Source: Candidatus Yanofskybacteria bacterium RIFCSPLOWO2_02_FULL_41_13
GTDB taxonomy: Bacteria > Patescibacteriota > Minisyncoccia > 2-02-FULL-40-12 > GWA2-44-9
Assembly (NCBI GenBank): GCA_001795735.1
Contig: MGKQ01000017.1
Span: 3,326 to 67,325 of the forward strand
Length of the DNA stretch: 64,000 bases
Direction of reading: 5' to 3'
Notes under the pieces: generated by a model
The model's input: only the letters and a program-made list of their open reading frames with translations
Databases searched by the model: none
What the model was told of the DNA's origin: nothing
Part shown: positions 63,496-64,000 of the stretch, in pieces
Layout of the letters: every line of letters begins with the position of its first letter
Numbering within the stretch: position 1 is the stretch's first letter
Program-made: the position numbers and the translations under genes

Positions 63496-64000
63496 ATGAA
63501 GATAGATATAATTACAATCTTTCCAAATTTATTTTCAGGGTTCTTATCCGAATCTCTTTTAGCGCGGGCGCAGAAGAAGAAGTTAATAACAATTAAAACT
63601 CATGACTTAAGAAAATGGACAACCGATAATCACAAAACAGTTGATGATCGGCCGTATGGCGGGGGAGCGGGAATGCTTCTGAAAATAGAACCTATTTTCA
63701 GAGCAGTGGAAAGTTTAAAGTTTAAAGTTAAAAGTAAAAAGACAAGGACTATTTTACTTTCGGCTAAGGGAAAAACATTTACCCAGAAAGATGCACGAAG
63801 ATTATCAAAATGTGACCAGCTGATTTTTATATGCGGAAGATATGAGGGGGTTGATGAAAGAGTGGCTGAATATGTTGCCGATGAGGAAGTATCAATCGGG
63901 AATTATGTTTTGTTCGGAGGGGAAGTGGCCTCGATGGTTGTGATTGAGGCCGTGTCCCGGCTTATTCCGAGAGTTGTTCAAAAAGAAGAATCGATAAAAA
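63496..64000 (+). CDS. trmD: tRNA (guanine37-N1)-methyltransferase, partial (runs off window)
   Basis: Own translation: [44 protein letters not shown]. Confidence 0.95.
   Translation, partial: MKIDIITIFPNLFSGFLSESLLARAQKKKLITIKTHDLRKWTTDNHKTVDDRPYGGGAGMLLKIEPIFRAVESLKFKVKSKKTRTILLSAKGKTFTQKDARRLSKCDQLIFICGRYEGVDERVAEYVADEEVSIGNYVLFGGEVASMVVIEAVSRLIPRVVQKEESIK

Noticed and set aside
1-64000. CRISPR array or cas genes; autonomous IS; prophage
   Set aside because: No regularly spaced 25-40 bp direct repeats, and no transposase or phage structural genes recognised

Overview
Bacterial chromosomal window, low GC with GC-richer islets. It is most likely from a Patescibacteria/CPR (Parcubacteria-like) genome; this is inferred from the short IF2, the TrmB regulator, the rpsO-NYN-pnp order and SD-less or leaderless core genes. 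Core genes: intein-containing xerC-like recombinase, rpsO, pnp, comM, yraN, tsaE, polA, mutM, holA, recG, rmlA/B, infB, rsmI, metG, tatD, leuS, pyrE, metK (with a SAM-I riboswitch), khpA and partial trmD. tRNAs: Leu(TAA), Cys(GCA), Met/Ile2(CAT). Accessory content: a PrkA-YeaH-SpoVR-PrkA2-Lon cluster, an IDO-like dioxygenase, a c-type cytochrome, an HprK-like/NUDIX/nucleotidyltransferase/NDK-like cassette, a free-standing LAGLIDADG endonuclease and an SBBP surface protein. The most striking structure is non-coding. A small two-armed palindromic element (TCCCGATT..AATCGAGGATCCGCGATT..AATCGGGA) occurs four times without target duplication. One copy splits a tRNA-Cys gene at its anticodon and carries a second, intact tRNA-Cys inside its arm (a tRNA nested in a tRNA). 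Other notable observations: abandoned 5' stubs of metG (two) and leuS (one), a covarying RNA motif after two orphan genes, in-frame heptamer arrays in core genes, boxA-like motifs at accessory promoters, variant parS sites and an apparent AUU start for mutM. All calls are from reading the sequence by eye; no database searches were run.
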